A stretch of 12,049 bases of DNA, from NCBI GenBank assembly GCA_000388065.2, contig KB932204.1; one strand, 5' to 3'. The notes under the pieces are model-generated. The model did not search any database. It was not told where the DNA came from and saw nothing but the letters and a program-made list of their open reading frames with translations. A program made the translations under genes and the position numbers. Positions 1-5,959 of the stretch are shown here, in pieces (position 1 is the stretch's first letter; each line of letters starts with the position of its first letter). The DNA is from Fonticula alba ATCC 38817 (taxonomy: Eukaryota; Protista; Nucleariida).

Positions 1-32
1 CCCTTTCCCTGTCCCCCCACGTGCCCCCACAG

Positions 33-245
33 TCCTGCTTCGACTGCCAGTCCGGCCGGCCGGTGGCCGGCTCGATCACCTACGGCGTCGGTCTGTGTGC
101 CGCGTGCGCCGGGACCCACGACACCGGGAGCATGCCCATTTCCGAGGTCAAGCGCTTTTCGGCTGGCGACTGGACCGAAGAGCAGCTGCGTGCTTTCCGC
201 GTTGGCGGTGCCAACAACGCCCGTGAGTTCATCTCCAAGAATGGC
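33..245 (+). other. ArfGAP zinc-finger domain (C4 type), in-window portion
   Basis: SCFDCQSGRPVAGSITYGVGLCAACAGTHDTGSMPISEVKRFSAGDWTEEQLRAFRVGGANNAREFISKNG has exactly 16 residues between the two Cys pairs. Confidence 0.93.
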
Positions 246-3200
246 ATCCCCTCTGGCTCCCTCGGCCCGAGCCCCACCATTGTGGACGTTCTCTCCTTCT
301 ATACGAGCCCCACTCTCGAGGCGTACAAGGGGCATCTCGCCGGGGCTGTGGCCGCCGAGAGCACGGTGTGCGTCTCCCTCTTCATCCCATCGCCCCCAGC
401 CTGCCGGGCCCCCGCTTCCGCGCTCACCCCCTGCTGCCCTTTCATTGTCCGCTTGCCATCTGGCCGCCATGCCTGCCAGGCGCCCGGGTGCCCTGGTGCT
501 CGACCTCTCGGACCTCTCGGGCCTCGGTCAGAAGTCCTCCAAGCTCCAGGCCACCATGCCGGAGGATGATGACTTCGATTTTGACGGCAACTTCGATGTT
601 GCCTCGGTGATGGCCGGCAGTCGTGCCGGCGCCACCACCCCGGCCGCCGCTTCCCAGGCCCCTGCGAAGGTGCGCTTGCTTTTGGTCTTTCACCTGCTTT
701 CTCCCCGGGCCCGGGGCAAGGCCGGCAGCAAGGCAATGGCGCCAATCGTTCGACCAGCCCCCGCCCATGGGCCGGCCCCTGCTCACCACATGGTCGGTCT
801 CTCCCTCTTCCACCTTCCCTGGCGCGCCAATGTAGCCGGCTACTTCATCCTTTGCCCCCCGTCGGCCGGGGGGTGGTCTGGGTGCCGCGCGTGTGGGCAC
901 CGGCCTCGGGGCCACCCGCCTTGGGGCCACCCCCATGCCGGCGGCTTCCGCCTCAGCCAGCGCAGTGTCGCCCAGTGCTTCGGGGATTTCCTTCGATGAG
1001 CTTGAGCGCCAGGCCCGTCTGGAGGAGGCCCGCGCCAAGGAGCAGGCTGCCCAGCGCTTGGCCGAGTCGTCGGCCCTCCGGAGCGACTTCATGAGCGGCT
1101 CTTCGGCCACCACGGCTGCCCCGGTCGCTGCTGCGCCCACTTCCTTTAACAACCCCCCGTGCGTCCGACATTGCCCGCTCCTGCCGCCTCCCCCCTGCCC
1201 GGCATCTGATCTTGCCTCAAGGGGACAGGGGAAACGCCCCTCTCTCCTCTTCCTGCCCCCCCCCCCCGGCTGACTCATGCCCGGTGCTTGCCTCTCTCCT
1301 TCTCTCTCTCTCTCTCCCCGCGCTCCCTTGCCTCCATTTTGCGCCCCTCCCATCGCACAGTCCCCGCCATACGGACCTCAACGCCGAGAGCGAGAACCTG
1401 GCCAAGGCCAGCGCCATGGACCGTCTTGGTATGGGTGCTGGCCGCCTTGGGTTTGGCGCCCACGCTGCCGCTGCCCCGAAGAAGCCGGCCACCACATTCG
1501 AGCCGAGTGCGTACCGACACATGGCATCTTTCTGGGGCGGGGCCCATCTGCGTGCGCTTGACTTGTGTGTGTGTGTGTGTCCGTGTGTGTGTCCGTGTGT
1601 GTGTCCGTGTGTGTGTGCCCGTGTATGTGCCCGTGTGTGTGTGCCCGTGTGTGTGTGCCCGTGTGTGTGTGCCCGTGTGTGTGTGCCCGTGTGTGCCATC
1701 GCCTACTCACCCAAGACGGTCCTCGCCCGCGCGTCTGTCTTCAGTGTCCGATAATGATCGGCAGAAGTACAGCTCAGCCAAGAGCATTTCCTCGGATACC
1801 TTCTTCGGCCGCGACAACTGTGCGTTTCTGAGCCTCCCCATCTGTCCTTTCGGCGTTGCCACGTGTAAATCCTTCGGCGACTGACTTGCTTCCTTGCGAT
1901 CCTCCGATTACCCCTTCGCCCTCTTCTTTTGCCATCCGTGCGCAGACGGCGGCAACCAGTACCATGGCGGGGACTCCGGAAGGTATGGTGCCAATGGCTA
2001 TGGCTACTAAGCGCTGAGAAGACGCCGCAGACAGAGAGGGAGGGCGTGTGCGTGTGTGCGTGTGTGTTTGCGCACATGCGTGCGTGGCTCGGACCAGGGT
2101 CCTGAGCTTCAGGGAATACGTGCGGTGACCGTGAGAGCGAATGCCTGGACACAGTGCACCCAAGCACCCTTTCCTTTCTGCCCTTTTTTTCGCATGGGAT
2201 TCCCACAGCCATGAAGTCCCTTCCCCTACTCAGGGACACGGGAGCTCATGCCATGCCTTCAGTTCAAGAGAGATAGATGTTGCTGATGATCCTAGACGTA
2301 TGTGTGTATGAGTGCAGGGGGGGGGGGGGGGTGCATGTATTTGCCTGTTGCAGACGATACAGGACAGTAGCTATGTCCCTGGTTGACTTGGCGCGCGTCT
2401 GCCTGGGCGAGAGAGAGAGAGAGAGAGAGAGAGAGCTAGAGCAGGGGGCAGGGACAAGAAACAAGATGACGGAAAGAAAAGGCCCGAGAACAAATGACAG
2501 CGAGGACAGGGAGCTGAACATGCGGGTGACCGGATCTGGCAAGCCGTGCCAGGTGAAATATTGACTGTGCTGTCCCACCTCTTTCGGGCAACGTCTCAGC
2601 GCCGGGGGCGGCTACTACCCCTCGGACCCGACCGACCCGAGCCTCTACAGCCATGGCGGCTACAGTGGCAACCAGCATCACCCCATGTTCATGGACTCCG
2701 GCCGTGGCAGTGGCGCCGGCGGTGGCGGCGGGGGTGTGGGCTACAGCAGCAGCAGCAGCAGCGGCGGCGGCGCCGGCGCCGGCGCCGGCCCCGGCGGCCG
2801 CACTTCCTATGGGCTGTATGACAGCGGCACGGACAACTACTCCGGCGTCCGGTCGGATCCCTTCGGCTCGCACCAGCAACACCAGCAGCAGCAGCACAAT
2901 CATCATCACGGTGGCCAGGGCATGGGTGGCGGCCCCAATCATCCAGGCGCCGGGGAGCTGTATGTGTCGCCTTCCGGCAATGCCATGGGCTATCGCATGG
3001 GGGGCAGTGCGCAGCAGAACGACAGTTTGTACGCGAACTTCGTGGCGTCCCCGGGTGCCACGGCCACCATGGCATTTGAGACCGGCATGAACACGGTTAA
3101 GGAGTCCAGCAAGAAGGTATGCAAGTGGGCACCATCTGGGGTGATCAGGACCGGGCCTCAGACTTGCCAACAGGTGGGCGGGCTATATTTCCCTGAGTGA

Positions 3201-3418
3201 GGGGGTCGGCCTTTCTTTCCGGCCTCAACTCATTATCCTTGTCGGTGCCTGACCAATGACGCGGGCATCGCCCCTCTTTTCGGGTCTTCTTTTTTTTTTT
3301 CCCCCATCTCCCTGCCCGGCGCGTGCTTGCTTTTCCTATTCGTGGCGCGGGCCTACAATGGCAGGTCTGGGATCTGGCCACGGACCTTCTGGGCGACCTG
3401 CAGACCCGCTACGGGTAA
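33..3418 (+). CDS. GLO3: ArfGAP2/3 (Glo3)-family protein, 5'-partial, with degenerate GAP active site. Exons 33-367, 480-669, 836-1158, 1361-1506, 1745-1819, 1946-1982, 2600-3116, 3365-3418 (1677 nt, 558 aa plus stop in window)
   Basis: All seven introns are GT..AG with matching phases (2,0,2,1,1,2,0) and the spliced length is divisible by 3. The translation shows CX2CX16CX2C (CFDC..CAAC), DW..QL..GG, a BoCCS-like segment (GGLGAARVGTGLGATRLGA..SFDELERQA), DRLGMG, a Glo3 motif (KYSSAKSISSDTFFG) and the end DLLGDLQTRYG*. These match ArfGAP2/3/Glo3 hallmarks as I recall them. An acceptor (CACAG) at 28-32 places the start codon upstream of the window. Confidence 0.92.
863..1030 (+). other. BoCCS-like (coatomer/cargo/SNARE-binding) region
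   Basis: Repeated LGA units followed by SFDELERQARLEE, similar to the GLGAKK/GLGAQKV..SFSEIERQA stretch of ArfGAP2/3 (from memory). Here the Lys residues are largely replaced by Arg, Thr or Ala. Confidence 0.7.
1564..1697 (+). repeat. Compound (TG)n repeat punctuated by CC/CCC every 12-14 nt, in ArfGAP intron 4
   Basis: About ten units of the CCGTGTGTGTGT / GCCCGTGTGTGTGT type, read directly from the sequence. Confidence 0.9.
1745..1819 (+). other. 75-nt exon encoding the Glo3 motif
   Basis: TTCAG acceptor ends at 1744 and GTGCGT donor starts at 1820. The exon encodes SDNDRQKYSSAKSISSDTFFGRDN (ISSDxxFG). Confidence 0.88.
2317..2331 (+). repeat. G15 homopolymer in ArfGAP intron 6
   Basis: Direct reading. 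Confidence 0.85.
2409..2435 (+). repeat. (GA)n microsatellite in ArfGAP intron 6
   Basis: Direct reading. Confidence 0.9.
3365..3418 (+). other. Terminal coding exon of the ArfGAP gene (C-terminal amphipathic helix)
   Basis: GCAG acceptor ends at 3364. Encodes VWDLATDLLGDLQTRYG, TAA at 3416-3418. This exon is absent from the ORF track as a sensible product. Confidence 0.88.
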
Positions 3419-3826
3419 ATCGAGACACAGGAGGGGGAGGTCCGAGGAGTGCTGCTTGACCAACGTGCCGCAACGCCCTGCTCAGGGAAGATGTCCTTTC
3501 GCATCGGCCCTCCCATCCTCATTTCCCCTGGCCGCCCTTTGAGTCGCTCGCTCGGCCAGCATCCCACTGGGGCTGCACGCCTGGAACAGGAGGACAAGGC
3601 ATCCGCACTCATGCGCCCCCCCCCCCCCACACACACACACACCCCACGCCCGCTCGCCCTTGTGCGAGCGCGGACACCCGGGCGCGCGGGGGCCCGGGGG
3701 CATGCCGTCGACCCTGGCGCGGACTTGACATGTGCATATATGCGGGCTAGCATGGCTGCCGGTGTCTACCCCGGCTGGCAGCCTGTATTCCGCGCAAGCG
3801 TATGCTGCTGTCCTTGCAAAAGGCAC

Positions 3827-3832
3827 AATAAA
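3827..3832 (+). terminator. Candidate polyadenylation signal AATAAA for the ArfGAP gene
   Basis: AATAAA lies in an AT-rich island about 410 nt after the stop codon, in otherwise GC-rich DNA. Confidence 0.45.
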
Positions 3833-4097
3833 AGAACCACGCAAAAGGGCAATTTTCGGCCACTACAACCTTTGATAGAAAAGAAGAAGGGGGGCGGGCG
3901 ATGGCGAATCGAGTGCAGAGGGGACACGTGTCGTTGTTGTACAAGAGGGGGGGGGGAGGGGGGACTGTAGTGTGAGGGGAGAGGGAGAAGGGCCACTACT
4001 GGACAGGTATATGCAGGCACACGCTGTGTGCGGGCATACAGAAACCACAAGCAGAGAACACTCCCATGATGGAGATCGACAGAAGAAGGAGCTGATA

Positions 4098-4493
4098 TCA
4101 CCTGCCGGAGGATCGGGCAGGGCGCTTGGTGGCCCAGCGGGCCGTCGGGAGGACGGCATCCACGGAGGACGTGTGAGAGGAGCGGGCTCCCCCTGGCAGG
4201 GAGGCGGAACGGGATGGGGAAAGAGGGGGAGAGGCATCCCTGCCGGCAGGGGTGCCGCCCGAGGCCGCCAGGCGGGTGGCAAATGACACAGGGCCGACAA
4301 CTTTTCCGGCTGACTGTGTCGTACTGCCGCTATTGCCGCCAGGCGGCCGCGAGGAAAGGGCCCGGGGATCGATGGAGGTAGTGGTGGGGGTGCTGTTGGC
4401 GGCAGTGGCAATGGAGGGAGCCGTGGTGTCGAAAGGGACTGGGGTTGTTGTGGCGACAGCACGGGGCGGCGTTTTCCTAGGCGACAGTGGCGT
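4098..4493 (-). other. Predicted terminal exon of the zinc-finger gene (131 aa, Ser/Thr/Pro-rich)
   Basis: Preceded on the minus strand by GCTGAC-CTGCCTCCGTTTCCTCCTT-GAGCCAG. Joins in phase 0 to give ..[17 protein letters not shown].., with the same composition as the preceding tail. TGA at 4100-4098. Confidence 0.75.
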
Positions 4494-4697
4494 CTGGCTC
4501 AAGGAGGAAACGGAGGCAGGTCAGCGCCATGCAGCCATGAGCGTGGACTCTCTCGCGCGCACGCGCGCGTAGGGGCCTGTTGGCCACCCGGCTGAGCTCT
4601 GGCCCACCCTTCCTCTCCCATCCACCCTCTCATTTGGAGAAGGGCAGCACGCAGCGGGCATCCATGTGTGTGTGCGTGTGTGTGTGTGCGCGCGCGC

Positions 4698-4751
<54 letters not shown>

Positions 4752-5879
4752 CGACGCTCGTTGCATGCCCGCAACCGCATGCCCGCAACCGCATGCCCGC
4801 AACCGCATGCCCGCAACCGCATGCCGATGCAGCATCCGGAGGACGGGCCTCCCTCAGGGAGGAAGAAGGCAGGAGAGGAGGGAGGGCCGCGAGTAGCATG
4901 GGAGGCAAAATCGCAGCAGCCGAGACTCTGCACCATCAGATTGATGTACACACACACACACACATACACACACAAAAGCTCAGCTTCGCACACATGCACA
5001 CGCACATGCACACGCACACCACCAACACATATACATATACGTATATATATATATATACATCACTCGCTCACGATCTTCTTCGAGGGCGAGGGCGGGGGTG
5101 GCGCTGACCGGCCAGCTTGCGACAGCCTCTCAGTGCCCGAGCGTACCGCGGGAGAGATGGACGCGCTGCCACCATTGGTTGACTGCTTGGCCGGCGGCAG
5201 GCGAGCCGAGGCCTTCGGACTGGAGCCTGCCCCGGGCGCCTTGCGAGGAGTGCCCGGCCCGGGAGGCGGGGTAATGGCCCGCGGACCGGCCGAGGCGGGC
5301 TTCTTGGAAGAGGCCCCACCACCATTGGTAAGGCCAGCCGGCGGAGAAGGAGTGGTCTGAGCACCGGGCCCGGTCTTCGATGCGCGCTTCGACGCACCCG
5401 GGCTGTTAGTGATGACGGAGCCGGCGCTGCTGCCACCGCGCGGGGAGGCCCCGCCGCCGTTCAGGCCATTGGCTGAATTGATCTTGGCCTTGCCGGCACC
5501 AAGCCCTGGGGCCAATGCCGCAGCGCGTGCCCCGGGGCCCTTGGGACTGGTTGAAAGGCCGCCGGCCGCCCCGCGACCCGATGACCGGCCCGCCGCCGCC
5601 CCGCGGGCCATGCGTCCCGATCCCATCGGCGGCGGGGTGCCCTCATAGGTGGGCGAGCTGTCCCCGGAAGATTGAGAAGCCGCCGCCACGGCCGCCGCCT
5701 CGCTGTTCAAGATCACCTGGGCAAAATGCTCAAACATCGACCCAGACGGGGCGGCCGGGTTGATCTTGCCGGCACGGCCGTCAGCGGCGGCGGCGGCTGG
5801 CCGCGACCCGCTCAACAGCGAGGGATCCATCCCCATGGCGCTGGTGCTGGAAGGCCTGGCGACGGCCGGTACCGAGGTC

Positions 5880-5959
<80 letters not shown>

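Noticed and set aside
442-1353. 303-aa minus-strand ORF and other ORFs overlapping the ArfGAP exons
   Set aside because: No recognisable domain. They cross introns and are expected in stop-poor GC-rich DNA.
1217-1831. CVCVCP/HTHGHT ORFs (also 4499-5360) resembling metallothionein or His-rich metal binders
   Set aside because: They are translations of intronic (TG)n/(CA)n repeats.
2284-2517. Intronic C/D box snoRNA (TGATGA at 2284, CTGA near 2514)
   Set aside because: The boxes are about 230 nt apart with G15 and (GA)n between them, and I found no terminal stem.
33-3418. ArfGAP locus as a pseudogene
   Set aside because: There are no frameshifts or premature stops over eight exons, all splice sites are intact, and structural residues and distal motifs are preserved.
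3754-3783. Hairpin GGCTGCC..GGCAGCC in the ArfGAP 3' region (SECIS or terminator-like)
   Set aside because: A 7-bp stem is expected by chance at this GC content. There is no SECIS core and no in-frame TGA in the gene.
4763-4825. CRISPR-like or mobile-element interpretation of the tandem repeats
   Set aside because: The units are contiguous with no unique spacers, the context is a eukaryotic intron, and there are no cas, transposase, TIR or LTR signals.
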